From: a virus
IMG/VR virus record: IMGVR_UViG_3300030329_001671
Coordinates: 24,487-88,486 of that record
Length of the DNA stretch: 64,000 nt
Reading direction: 5' to 3' (one strand)
The notes under the pieces are model-generated. The model was not told the origin of the DNA and did no database searches. It saw only the letters and a list, made by a program, of their open reading frames with translations. Both the position numbers and the translations under genes were made by a program. Below are positions 53,594 through 63,809 of the stretch, piece by piece (position 1 is the first letter of the stretch; the number at the start of each line of letters is the position of its first letter).

Positions 53594-53876
53594 ATTTAGG
53601 CGGGAAGAGGTTTCTACACCGACTAGAACACGAAGAATAGACGTTCATGGTGTTCGTAAAGAAAATTTAGAGTTGAAGGAGCAGTTGAAAAAGGCTCAGG
53701 AAATGATAAAGGATAATAAAAATCGTCCTATTGATTATTCTAGAGCGTTTACCCATGCTAAACCAACTACAGATAACGCAGCTATGAGACTAGAAGGCTA
53801 TCAACCTTTACCAAAGGTGGGTAGAACGCAACGAATAATGATGGGTGATGGAACAAACCCATTCGTGAGGTATTAA
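53580..53876 (+). CDS. Hypothetical protein
   Basis: Coupled ORF. Confidence 0.6.
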   Translation: MRMNKFRREEVSTPTRTRRIDVHGVRKENLELKEQLKKAQEMIKDNKNRPIDYSRAFTHAKPTTDNAAMRLEGYQPLPKVGRTQRIMMGDGTNPFVRY

Positions 53877-54215
53877 ATGGCAACTCCACAATGGCATGAA
53901 GAAGCTAGAACTTGGCAACCTTATTCAAAACATAAGGCTTTTACCCATACTACAACGGGTAATACAGCCGAAACTGTGTTTGAGGTAGCCGGAAATGCCG
54001 AATATTTTCAAAAAATTTCACTTATATGTGAAACTAACGATCTTTACATAGAATTTGACGGTGATGCGGTGCAGAGTACTACTGCTGGAAGTTTGTTGGT
54101 TCCGGCAGGAGAAGGTTATTCTGATACCAATATTTATATCGGAACTAAACTTAGTGTAATAGTAGCCACAAACGGTTCTAACGGGCGTATTCGTGGCATT
54201 GCATGGGGTAGATAA
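53877..54215 (+). CDS. Small virion beta-sandwich protein
   Basis: GAGGT RBS; resembles the flanks of 33139..34116. Confidence 0.6.
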   Translation: MATPQWHEEARTWQPYSKHKAFTHTTTGNTAETVFEVAGNAEYFQKISLICETNDLYIEFDGDAVQSTTAGSLLVPAGEGYSDTNIYIGTKLSVIVATNGSNGRIRGIAWGR

Positions 54216-54220
54216 CGTGA

Positions 54221-57200
54221 ATGGCTAAAAATGTTGCTAGAGAACATGCAGGTGGGTTATCCAGAGAGGCATTATTCACTCAGGGGTTACCTAGAAATAT
54301 AACTGCTACTTCTAATCCGGGTACAGGCGATGACATAGATAGTGGATATAACGTAGGCTCTATTTGGGTCAACGTATCTTCTGACGCTATATATTTCTGT
54401 GCTGACGCATCTTCGGGAGCGGCTGTTTGGGGTTTATCGGGTAGTGCGGCGGTTACTCAAATAGATGGTTTATCAAAATCCGATGGCAACTTTATAGTAG
54501 GTAATGGTTCCGCATGGGTAGCGGAGTCTGGTGCAACTGCTCGTACATCTCTTGGACTTGGAACGGCTGCGGTTGCTGCAACAGGAATATCTAATACCAA
54601 CGTTCCAGTATTTACTTCGGGTGTGGCGGATAACGATTTCCTTAGGATTGATGGTACGTCTGTAGAAGGACTGAGCGCAGCCGAAGTCGCAGCAGCTATA
54701 GAAAGCAGTATCGACGCAGTAGGCACGATTGCAAGTGGTACATGGGAAGCGACAGACATTGCTGTAGCCCACGGGGGAACTGGAGCATCTAGCTTAACTG
54801 ATGGAGGTGTTCTATTAGGGTCAGGAACAGGCGCAATAACCGCTATGGCAGTCCTCTCCGATGGGGAAATGATAGTTGGAGATGGTTCCACTGATCCTGT
54901 AGCAGAAAGTGGGGCAACTCTTCGTACATCAATTGGTGTAGGAACAACTGATTCTCCGCAATTTGCAGGTGCTACTCTAGCTTCTTCTAGTGCTAGTGAA
55001 CCTATACTTCATATTACAAACACTCATGCAGGAGCTACTTCAGGAATCCTGAGGTTTAATAAAGACACCGCATCCGGCGATGATAACGATGTCATGGGAA
55101 CCATTGAGTTCTATGGTACTGATGCAGCAGAAAATACCCACGAAAGACTAGCTTACATTGATTCTTATCTCGTAGACTCCGCTCATGGATCAGAGGCAGC
55201 GGGACTCAGGTTTTATGTAGCAGAGAATGATGCGACACTAACTCAAGGACTTGCCCTAACAGGACAAGCCGACGATGACGGTGAAATTGATGTCACTCTT
55301 GGTGCGGGAACAGCCTCCACTACAACCATAGCCGGAACTTTAACTATGGGAAGTACTGCTGCACTAACTAATGCGGGACTAGTAGCGGTCGCTAACCAAT
55401 CAGGTATAACTGGATTGGGTACTATAAGCTCTGGTACATGGGAGGCTACGGATGTTGCTATAGCCCATGGAGGTACAGGAGCATCATCGGCTGGGGACGC
55501 TAGAACCAATCTAGGTTTGGGAACTGCTGCTACCGCTTCCACAGGCATATCTAACACGAATGTTCCAGTATTTACGACTGGCGTTGCTGATGATGATTTC
55601 TTGCGGGTAGCTGGTACGTCAATCGAAGGTCGTAGTGCTTCAGAAGTTCTTTCTGATATTGGTGCTAGTGCTGCTGCGGGAAGTAGCAGCATTGCAACGG
55701 TCGGGACGGTTACGTCAGGAACATGGGAAGGCTCTGCTATAGGGGTAGCCTATGGAGGTACAGGTGCGACAAGCCTTACCTCAAATGCCCTTTTGACGGG
55801 TAATGGAACATCTGCGGTTCAAGCTGAGAGTACTCTGACTTTTACAGGTGATGTACTAACAGCAACTTCAACTTCTGCCGACTTACCAATGATAGAACTT
55901 ACCAACACTCATGCTGGAGCAACGGCTGGTAAGATAAGATTCAATAAAGATAGTGCTTCAGGTGCAGACAATGATGTTATGGGTACTATTGAGTGGTACG
56001 GTACAGACGATGATGACAATACCCATGAAAAACTAGCCTACATTGATTCATATATTATAGATTCAGCGCATGGTTCGGAAGCTGCCGGATTGAGATTCTA
56101 TGTTGCCGAAAATGATGCAACTAATACTCTTGGTTTACAAATCTTAGGACAGGCAGATGACGATGGAGAGGTTGATATAGTATTAGGTGCAGGGGCAGCT
56201 TCTACCACGACTATAGCGGGTACTCTTACTATGGGCAGTACCGCTGCCATGACTAATGCGGGATTAGTATCTGTTGCAAACCAATCCAATATTACTGGTC
56301 TAGGCACTATTTCCTCAGGAACATGGGAAGCTACAGATGTGGCTGTAGCGCATGGAGGAACTGGAGCCTCCACTCTTACAGCAAATGGTGTTCTAATAGG
56401 TAACGGGACATCCGCAGTTACCGCCGTAGATATGTCTACAAAAGGAAAATTATTAGTTGGTGACGGAAGTGGTAACCCTCAAGCCTTATCTGTAGGTGGT
56501 TCAGATGACCACGTACTTACAGTAGACTCTAGTGAAGCCACTGGAATGAAATGGGCAGCCGTTAGTGCGGGTGCTGCTACATCCCTAGCTGCTACTTCAG
56601 CTAGCGCAAATCAACCAATAGTAACTATTGAAAACACTCATGCAGATGCAACTGCGGGATTCTTAAAATTTATAAAAGACCCCGGCTCTGGTCAGGGTGC
56701 TGATAATGACATACTAGGTACTATTACTTTCTATGGTACTGATGCCTCCAATAATGCGCCTGAAGAACTAGCTCGTATAGAAAGTTATATTGTAGAAGCG
56801 GATCATGGTTCAGAAGCGGGTGGAATGAAATTCTACGTTGCGGAGAATGACGCAACCATGACCGCTGGATTACAAATCTTGGGTCAAGCATCAGATGATG
56901 GAGAAATAGATGTAACCATCGGTGCAGGAGCGGCTTCAACTACTACGATAGCAGGTACACTTACAATGGGTAGTACGGCTGCTATGACCAACGCAGGACT
57001 ATTATCGGTTGCTAATCAGTCCAATATTACAGGGTTAGGAACAATATCGTCAGGTGTTTGGGAAGGTACTGATGTAGCCGTAGCGCATGGCGGTACAGGG
57101 GCTTCATCTTTAACAGATAATGCTGTTCTTACAGGTACAGGTACTAGTGCAATTACAGCCGAAAGCACGTTATCCTTTACCGGAGATGTTCTCACAGCTT

Positions 57201-58555
57201 CTTCTACTTCGGCTGATTTGCCGATGATAGAGCTTACGAATACCCATGCAGGTGCAACCGCAGGTAAAATTAGGTTCAATAAGGATAGTGCCTCTGGTGA
57301 CGATAATGATGTCATGGGAAGTATCGAGTTTTATGGAACTGACGCAGGTGAAAATACCCATGAACGATTAGCGTACATGGACTCTTACATTATAGACTCT
57401 GCTCACGGGTCGGAGGCAGCCGGATTACGTTTCTACGTAGCGGAAAATGATGCTACTCTAACTCAAGGGTTAGCTATATTGGGGCAAGCAGATGATGACG
57501 GTGAGGTGGATGTAACAATAGGTGCTGGTGCAGCATCTACTACCACAATAGCTGGAACCCTCACCATGGGCAGTACTGCCGCTTTGACGAATGCAGGGTT
57601 AGTTGCTGTTGCGAACCAATCTAATATTACAGGGGTTGGAACTATATCGTCGGGTACGTGGGAAGGAACAACTATCGCAGTTGCTCAAGGTGGTACAGGG
57701 GCAACATCGCTAACATCAAATGCACTTCTGACGGGTAACAGCACATCAGCTATACAAGCTGAGAGTAACCTAACTTACACAGGAGATACTTTATCTACTA
57801 CGTCTAGTTCCGCTAACTTACCTATTATAGAACTTACGAATACGCATGCGGATGCAACATCGGGAATAATAAAATTCATAAAAGATCCCGGTTCAGGACA
57901 AGGCGCAGATAATGATACGATAGGAACCCTTACGTTCTATGGTACTGATGCTAGCAATAATAGTCCTGAAGAATTAGCAAGGATGGAAGCATACGTAATT
58001 GAGGCAGATCATGGCTCTGAGGCCGGTGGAATTAAATTCTCTGTCGCAGAAAATGACGCTACTATGACTGCTGGACTACAAATATTAGGGGTTAAGGATG
58101 CGGACGGTGAAATTGACGTAACTATCGGAGCGGGTGCTGCGTCTACGACCACCATAGCAGGTACGTTGACTATGGGTAGTACAGCAGCCATGACGAATGC
58201 AGGATTGGTTTCTGTAGCAAACCAGTCAAATATTACAGGATTGGGTACAATATCATCAGGTACATGGGAAGCAACAGATGTTGCGGTTGCTCACGGTGGA
58301 ACGGGAGCATCTACTCTGACAGCAAACGGTGTATTGATAGGTAATGGAACGTCAGCGGTCACAGCAGTAGACTTATCAACTAAGGGTCATATCTTAGTTG
58401 GTGATGGTAGCGGTAACCCGCAAGGACTTGCTGTGGGTGGCACAGATGGTCACGTACTAACGGTAGACTCAAGTGAAGCTACAGGATTGAAATATGCTGC
58501 TGCATCTGGTGGCGCATCGACAGGTTTTGCGATAGCAATGGCTATGGTATTTTAG
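54221..58555 (+). CDS. Large repetitive tail fibre/adhesin-like virion protein
   Basis: 1444 aa, Ala/Gly/Thr/Ser-rich; repeated GTWE.T.(I/V)AVAHGGTGA fibre motifs and five long internal repeats; C-terminal GFAIAMAMVF. Confidence 0.85.
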   Translation: MAKNVAREHAGGLSREALFTQGLPRNITATSNPGTGDDIDSGYNVGSIWVNVSSDAIYFCADASSGAAVWGLSGSAAVTQIDGLSKSDGNFIVGNGSAWVAESGATARTSLGLGTAAVAATGISNTNVPVFTSGVADNDFLRIDGTSVEGLSAAEVAAAIESSIDAVGTIASGTWEATDIAVAHGGTGASSLTDGGVLLGSGTGAITAMAVLSDGEMIVGDGSTDPVAESGATLRTSIGVGTTDSPQFAGATLASSSASEPILHITNTHAGATSGILRFNKDTASGDDNDVMGTIEFYGTDAAENTHERLAYIDSYLVDSAHGSEAAGLRFYVAENDATLTQGLALTGQADDDGEIDVTLGAGTASTTTIAGTLTMGSTAALTNAGLVAVANQSGITGLGTISSGTWEATDVAIAHGGTGASSAGDARTNLGLGTAATASTGISNTNVPVFTTGVADDDFLRVAGTSIEGRSASEVLSDIGASAAAGSSSIATVGTVTSGTWEGSAIGVAYGGTGATSLTSNALLTGNGTSAVQAESTLTFTGDVLTATSTSADLPMIELTNTHAGATAGKIRFNKDSASGADNDVMGTIEWYGTDDDDNTHEKLAYIDSYIIDSAHGSEAAGLRFYVAENDATNTLGLQILGQADDDGEVDIVLGAGAASTTTIAGTLTMGSTAAMTNAGLVSVANQSNITGLGTISSGTWEATDVAVAHGGTGASTLTANGVLIGNGTSAVTAVDMSTKGKLLVGDGSGNPQALSVGGSDDHVLTVDSSEATGMKWAAVSAGAATSLAATSASANQPIVTIENTHADATAGFLKFIKDPGSGQGADNDILGTITFYGTDASNNAPEELARIESYIVEADHGSEAGGMKFYVAENDATMTAGLQILGQASDDGEIDVTIGAGAASTTTIAGTLTMGSTAAMTNAGLLSVANQSNITGLGTISSGVWEGTDVAVAHGGTGASSLTDNAVLTGTGTSAITAESTLSFTGDVLTASSTSADLPMIELTNTHAGATAGKIRFNKDSASGDDNDVMGSIEFYGTDAGENTHERLAYMDSYIIDSAHGSEAAGLRFYVAENDATLTQGLAILGQADDDGEVDVTIGAGAASTTTIAGTLTMGSTAALTNAGLVAVANQSNITGVGTISSGTWEGTTIAVAQGGTGATSLTSNALLTGNSTSAIQAESNLTYTGDTLSTTSSSANLPIIELTNTHADATSGIIKFIKDPGSGQGADNDTIGTLTFYGTDASNNSPEELARMEAYVIEADHGSEAGGIKFSVAENDATMTAGLQILGVKDADGEIDVTIGAGAASTTTIAGTLTMGSTAAMTNAGLVSVANQSNITGLGTISSGTWEATDVAVAHGGTGASTLTANGVLIGNGTSAVTAVDLSTKGHILVGDGSGNPQGLAVGGTDGHVLTVDSSEATGLKYAAASGGASTGFAIAMAMVF

Positions 58556-58569
58556 ATAGGAGAGATTAA

Positions 58570-58977
58570 ATGGGTGCATCATCATCCCCCGATATTACAA
58601 GTGTAAGTAGTCTATATGGCACTACTATAGGTTTTGCGTTAGGCACAACAGTTACGACTGACTTGATGACAGTTTCGGCTAACAAGTTAGTAAGGATAAC
58701 AAATTTGTTAGTTTCTAACATTGATGGAACTAACTCGGCAGATGTAACTCTTGCGTTAGTTCTTGCAGATGCCGACCCTAATGGGATTACAGACTTTGAT
58801 GTTACTTCAGGACAGCCGTGGTACATATGTAAAACGGTTCCTGTTCCAGCGGATTCTACATTATCTATTCTAGATGCTCCGCTCTACTTGAGAGCAGGAG
58901 ATGTTCTAGAGGGTGGAGCAAGTGCGGCTAGCGACCTTCAATTGATAGTTAGCTACGACGTATTTGATGACGCATAA
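58570..58977 (+). CDS. Small tail-associated virion protein
   Basis: VSNIDGTN.ADVT, VPVPADSTL, L..GD.L...ASAASDL...SY pattern seen in aquatic phage tail regions. Confidence 0.7.
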   Translation: MGASSSPDITSVSSLYGTTIGFALGTTVTTDLMTVSANKLVRITNLLVSNIDGTNSADVTLALVLADADPNGITDFDVTSGQPWYICKTVPVPADSTLSILDAPLYLRAGDVLEGGASAASDLQLIVSYDVFDDA

Positions 58978-59579
58978 TGCCGGGATATACAGGTGCAAAT
59001 GTCCCAACAAACTCTTCACAAACAGATTGGGTTCCAATCAGTTATCAAGACGTTCACAGTAAAAGTTTAGTAGAGTTTAAACATAACGAGGGCGGGGTGG
59101 TATTAGATAATACTTATAGAGTATATAAGTTTGAATTTATTAATGTCCACCCTGCTACTAATAATGTTAGTTTTCAATTCCAAGCAAACGCTGAAGGGGA
59201 AACTGGATATAACGAAACTATACAATCTGGTGTCCTTGCTGCCTACAGTAAAGAAGATAACGCTGCCGCTGTTAATTTCAATGAGGAAACAGGCACAGAT
59301 CAAGCAAACGGAACAAGTTACCAAGTTCTTGTTGAGGTACAAGGAAACGGATTAGATGAATCTGCAAATGGGGAATTGTATATTTACGATCCGTCTAACA
59401 CTACTCACGTTAAATTCTTTACGAGCCATATTAATAATTATACTCACGATGATTACGCTAGAAGTAATAGGGTCTCAGGATATTTTAATACAACTGCGGC
59501 ATTGAATAATTTTGCCTTTAAGTTCAGTAGTGGGAATATAGAACACGCAAAAATTAAACTATTTGGGTTGGCAACATAA
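58977..59579 (+). CDS. Tail-associated paralog family member 1
   Basis: Y.F.FINVHP...F.SGNI...I.LFG signature. Confidence 0.75.
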   Translation: MPGYTGANVPTNSSQTDWVPISYQDVHSKSLVEFKHNEGGVVLDNTYRVYKFEFINVHPATNNVSFQFQANAEGETGYNETIQSGVLAAYSKEDNAAAVNFNEETGTDQANGTSYQVLVEVQGNGLDESANGELYIYDPSNTTHVKFFTSHINNYTHDDYARSNRVSGYFNTTAALNNFAFKFSSGNIEHAKIKLFGLAT

Positions 59580-61045
59580 TGAGTTACGTAGGAACACCTC
59601 CAAGAAAACAAACAGGTGGAAAAATTCTGCTGCAAGAGCAAGTAGCAGTTACGGGTACTACTAATATAAGTTTTACTGAAAATTTCGATTCTACGTATGA
59701 TATGTATGAATTTCACTTTATAAATGTCCACCCTGAAACCAACGGTGTAAACTTAACGTGGCAAGTAAATGCTGTTGGGGAAAGCGGTTTCAATGAAACA
59801 ATGACAACTACGGCTGTTCGTGCGTATAACAACGAAGCTGCTGATGATAACGGACTAGGTTACAGAAGCGGGGAAGATCAAACGCAAGGTACAAGTTATG
59901 AACGAGTTGTGGATAACGTTGGGAACGCCAACGATCAGAGCGTAAGTGGCATCCTGAAGATATACGAACCTCAGCCTAGTTTTCTTTACGCTAAACATTT
60001 TATGTCGGAGGTTGTTTCAGTTTATAACGCCCCCGGAACTAAACATGATTTCCACACAGGCTATGTCAATACTCAAACAGCACTAGATGAAATAGATTTT
60101 AAATTTTCATCTGGAGATATTGATGCTGGTATAATTAGAATGTATGGTATTAAATTTGACCCTGATGTAAATACAGAGAGTAAAAACATTGTTTGGTCGG
60201 TAGCCACAGATGCACCATCAACGACTAATGGTATTAAGTTCGGAACAAAATCTGCGGGAGCATCACTTAGGGGAGGCGGTACTACTACCGACGAATGGAA
60301 TGGCTCCTCATGGTCAACAGGTGGAAGTTCAGCGGTAGATCGTGGTTCTGGTGGAGGAGGAGGAACACAAACTGCTGGTGTGGTATATGCGGGTTATCAC
60401 GATAGTGATGAATCAGTTACTACTGAAGAATATAACGGTACTAGTTGGAGTAGTGGAAACAACATGGCGGTAGGTGCTAGCGGAGTATCTGGTTCTGGTC
60501 CGACGCAAACATGGCAGATATGCACAGGGGGTTCTCAGTATTCTCCAACCGTAAGAGATATAAGTTCAACCCAAACTTACAATGGAACCAATTGGACTAA
60601 TGAAAGTGTTTCTTCCGATGGGCGTAGTACAGGAGGCATGACTGGAGTAGAGGATGATGTGTTGTTCCATCACGGGTCGTTAGATAGTCCCGGCGCACAA
60701 AACACAGTAACATATTGGAATGGTTCTAGTTGGGCTACTAAAGCGACCGCTCCAGTTATCGGTAGGTATATAGGACATTTTGGGTCATCTACTAGAGCCT
60801 ACCGTTGTGGTGGATACACTCAAGATAACATGGGCGCACCTAGTTACTATTATAGAACAGGATACGCTACTGAAAGTTGGACTGATGATGTTTGGACAAA
60901 TGAAAATGTATTACCCTTTACTATAAATATTCTTAATGCGCTGACTGCTACTAATGGTGAGGGGTGGACAGCATCAGGGGATGACAAACAAGCAACTCAT
61001 TCTTCTACTGCATATGCGTATCACTGGGAAGCGTCGGAGTTTTAG
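59579..61045 (+). CDS. Paralog family member 2 fused to Kelch-like repeats
   Basis: Family domain followed by repeated T(E/D)E(W/Y)NG(S/T)SW blades. Confidence 0.75.
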   Translation: MSYVGTPPRKQTGGKILLQEQVAVTGTTNISFTENFDSTYDMYEFHFINVHPETNGVNLTWQVNAVGESGFNETMTTTAVRAYNNEAADDNGLGYRSGEDQTQGTSYERVVDNVGNANDQSVSGILKIYEPQPSFLYAKHFMSEVVSVYNAPGTKHDFHTGYVNTQTALDEIDFKFSSGDIDAGIIRMYGIKFDPDVNTESKNIVWSVATDAPSTTNGIKFGTKSAGASLRGGGTTTDEWNGSSWSTGGSSAVDRGSGGGGGTQTAGVVYAGYHDSDESVTTEEYNGTSWSSGNNMAVGASGVSGSGPTQTWQICTGGSQYSPTVRDISSTQTYNGTNWTNESVSSDGRSTGGMTGVEDDVLFHHGSLDSPGAQNTVTYWNGSSWATKATAPVIGRYIGHFGSSTRAYRCGGYTQDNMGAPSYYYRTGYATESWTDDVWTNENVLPFTINILNALTATNGEGWTASGDDKQATHSSTAYAYHWEASEF

Positions 61046-61047
61046 TT

Positions 61048-61323
61048 ATGCTTTATACTGAAGGTAAAATTACAGGAAAAGGATTTCTAACACACGCAGA
61101 TCGAGAAGCGGGTGTAAATTTACAAGTGTTTGGACCTATACTAGTGGTTCCAGATGGATGTGAATCGTGGTTATCCCGTAACGAATTAACCGCTATATCC
61201 AAATCAGATGCACAAACAAAGTATAATACATTTATAGATGCACAAATAGCATCGTATGAAGATGAGACTAAGCCGTGGTATTACCCGGAGAGAACGGAAC
61301 CAGTTAGGAAAACACTACCATGA
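61048..61323 (+). CDS. Hypothetical protein
   Basis: TGKGFLTH.D motif; GGAG RBS. Confidence 0.65.
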   Translation: MLYTEGKITGKGFLTHADREAGVNLQVFGPILVVPDGCESWLSRNELTAISKSDAQTKYNTFIDAQIASYEDETKPWYYPERTEPVRKTLP

Positions 61324-61994
61324 GTAATATAGAACTATTCGACAGAGTAAACGGGATGCTTTCCCCGGAACAAAGTAATAAGCTAAATGAGTTGTCATCT
61401 GAGTTAGATGAAACTTACGTAAAGAAGCAATTTTTCCGTACTCAGACAGAAATGTTGTTTTCTGTTTTGGAAGACGGTAAGCATCCTACAATAGCCTCAA
61501 AATACTGGCAAGCTGTTCGAGAGCAGTCTGTATTTTACGAACAACTAATTTCGCTTTCGTTTAAATACCGAACAAATGAAATTAATATTATGGAAAATCA
61601 AGAAAAGCTAGAGAATGAACACCTTGATAAGTACGAGCGTATGCGCCTTGAGGTCGATCTAGACGCACAACTATTCAGTAAAAAGGGAATGCAGATTGAA
61701 GCAAAAGACCGTATGCGAGAATTAGAATTATGGTCGCAGATAAAAACGGCGTTAGTAGAAGCTGACCCTGATTTCGACACAGATGATGTGGACGTTCATC
61801 AGGCAGACTCTTATCTAAAGAGACTAGAGCATCGTAAAAATGCGCTGACACCGCAGTCCGGTCATGCGGACATAGCTAATGTATATGGACAACTAAATAC
61901 TTTGAAACGACTACTAGAACAACGGGAAACCCCGCTAGCAAATATGCTTAAAGACACCATTTCCAATAAACAATTATCGGGAGCCGCAGATTAA
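61320..61994 (+). CDS. Conserved coiled-coil protein of aquatic phage tail regions
   Basis: KKQ.FRT.TEM.FSVL...HPT.ASKYWQ.VREQ...AKDRMREL..WS. Confidence 0.75.
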   Translation: MSNIELFDRVNGMLSPEQSNKLNELSSELDETYVKKQFFRTQTEMLFSVLEDGKHPTIASKYWQAVREQSVFYEQLISLSFKYRTNEINIMENQEKLENEHLDKYERMRLEVDLDAQLFSKKGMQIEAKDRMRELELWSQIKTALVEADPDFDTDDVDVHQADSYLKRLEHRKNALTPQSGHADIANVYGQLNTLKRLLEQRETPLANMLKDTISNKQLSGAAD

Positions 61995-62599
61995 TGGGAT
62001 ACATTGGGGATAACCCACAATCGTATTTAGATTTCCAAGGTGCGGGTAGTCAACCCACACATGGATTAGAGTTAACAGCTTCTAGTGTTAACTTTACTAG
62101 TCAATCGGAAATAGACTTTACTATACCTGACAGGTATGAGTTATACGAGTTTTACTTTATAAATATTCATCCAGCATCTGCTTCAAGGTTTGCATTTCAG
62201 GTAAACACGGCTGATAACACTGGTTGGGATCGACCCATATCTTCTACTTTTTGGTATACATGGCATAAAGAAGATGCTTCTTCAGCGGGTGAAGGTTATG
62301 AAGGGAATAACGATCAAGGAGTTAGTGATGGAGCGTTTCAAAACTTCACTGGTGAAGATATGAACACAGATAACGACTCGTCTCTATCAGGTGTTTTTCG
62401 GTTGTTTAACCCTAGTAACGACACATATTCTAAACATTTCTTAGGACTCACTCATTATTTTCAGGGAGACCCAACATCTCAGGCTGCCTATCTAGCTGGT
62501 TACGTCGATACTACGACACCTCTTACAGCAATTAGATTTAAGATGCTTAGTGGCAATATGGATTCTGGGTCAATTTATATGTATGGGGTAAAGGCATAA
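61994..62599 (+). CDS. Tail-associated paralog family member 3
   Basis: YEFYFINIHP...GNMDSGSIYMYG. Confidence 0.75.
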   Translation: MGYIGDNPQSYLDFQGAGSQPTHGLELTASSVNFTSQSEIDFTIPDRYELYEFYFINIHPASASRFAFQVNTADNTGWDRPISSTFWYTWHKEDASSAGEGYEGNNDQGVSDGAFQNFTGEDMNTDNDSSLSGVFRLFNPSNDTYSKHFLGLTHYFQGDPTSQAAYLAGYVDTTTPLTAIRFKMLSGNMDSGSIYMYGVKA

Positions 62600-63213
62600 T
62601 GTCTGGTTTTATAGGGACAGGACTCCCTACCACTACAGAAGATAAAAATGTCGGATGGGTTTTTATAAAGTCACAAAAAGTAACAAGTGGTGTTTCTACT
62701 GTCCAATTCCAAGACGGTACAAATGGCGTGGTAATGGATTCAACTTATGATGAATATATGTTTATTTTCACTAGTATGCACCCCGCTACCAACAATGTAC
62801 AGTTCGCTTTCCAAGTAAATGGTTCAGGGGAAAGTGGGTATAATGAAGCAGTCAACTCTGTTCACTGGAATCATTATTCGGGGGCTTCAAAAACCGCTAC
62901 GTTAAATTATGAAGATGGTAACGATTCAGGAGGGGGAGCAACTGCGTACCAAAATATTTTGTCACGGCGTACTGGAAACGCTGCTAAAGAATCGGTTTCA
63001 GGGGACTTACATTTATTTGAACCAGCAAATGCAGGGAAGGTAACTCATTTTATATCAAAAGGGCATGGATATCACAATGAGGATTACGCTCTGTCATCTA
63101 GAGTAACTGGTTATTTCAATACAACCGCAGCTATTGACGAGATTAGTTTTGCATTTGATAGCGGAAACATTGACGCAGGAACTATTAGTATGTTCGGATT
63201 GGCGAAATCATAA
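62599..63213 (+). CDS. Tail-associated paralog family member 4
   Basis: YMFIFTSMHP...GNIDAGTISMFG. Confidence 0.75.
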   Translation: MSGFIGTGLPTTTEDKNVGWVFIKSQKVTSGVSTVQFQDGTNGVVMDSTYDEYMFIFTSMHPATNNVQFAFQVNGSGESGYNEAVNSVHWNHYSGASKTATLNYEDGNDSGGGATAYQNILSRRTGNAAKESVSGDLHLFEPANAGKVTHFISKGHGYHNEDYALSSRVTGYFNTTAAIDEISFAFDSGNIDAGTISMFGLAKS

Positions 63214-63809
63214 TGTCATACATAGGAAAACAACCAAGAGAAAATATAACGGGAATAATTGCACTTGACTCCCAAACCACTACCGGAACTGCGTCTATGA
63301 CTTTTGATGGCATGGATGACACTTACGTTGCGTATGAATTTCACTTTATTAATTTACATCCAGTAACCGATACAGCGCACCTCACCTTTCAGGTAAATGC
63401 TGTTGGCAATACCGCATTCGCTGAAAATATGACTACAAGTTTTGCTAGAGCTAAAAATCATGAAAACGGTTCAGATCAAGAGTTTGTCATCATGTCGGGT
63501 AATGACCAAGGGGATGGTGACGACGCAGAACAAATGTTAAGTAATGAAAATGGTAATGGTAACGATGAAAGTTTAAATGGAGTGTTTACTATATATGATC
63601 CCGGTAACGGGACTTACGTAAAACATTGGATATCTAGAATTGTCGAATATCACGCATCAGATATAGTCATGGATAGTTTTGTCGCCGGGTACATAGATTC
63701 AACAACTGCTATTGATGAGATAAGATTCAAGTTTCACAGTGGAAATATAGATTCTGGGACAATTAAAATGTATGGCATTAAAACAGGTACACCAACGGAG
63801 GTTAGCTAA
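63213..63809 (+). CDS. Tail-associated paralog family member 5
   Basis: YEFHFINLHP...GNIDSGTIKMYG. Confidence 0.75.
   Translation: MSYIGKQPRENITGIIALDSQTTTGTASMTFDGMDDTYVAYEFHFINLHPVTDTAHLTFQVNAVGNTAFAENMTTSFARAKNHENGSDQEFVIMSGNDQGDGDDAEQMLSNENGNGNDESLNGVFTIYDPGNGTYVKHWISRIVEYHASDIVMDSFVAGYIDSTTAIDEIRFKFHSGNIDSGTIKMYGIKTGTPTEVS

Noticed and set aside
584-61780. Minus-strand ORFs in the track
   Set aside because: They almost all shadow longer + strand genes, with no recognisable motifs or RBSs; treated as spurious.
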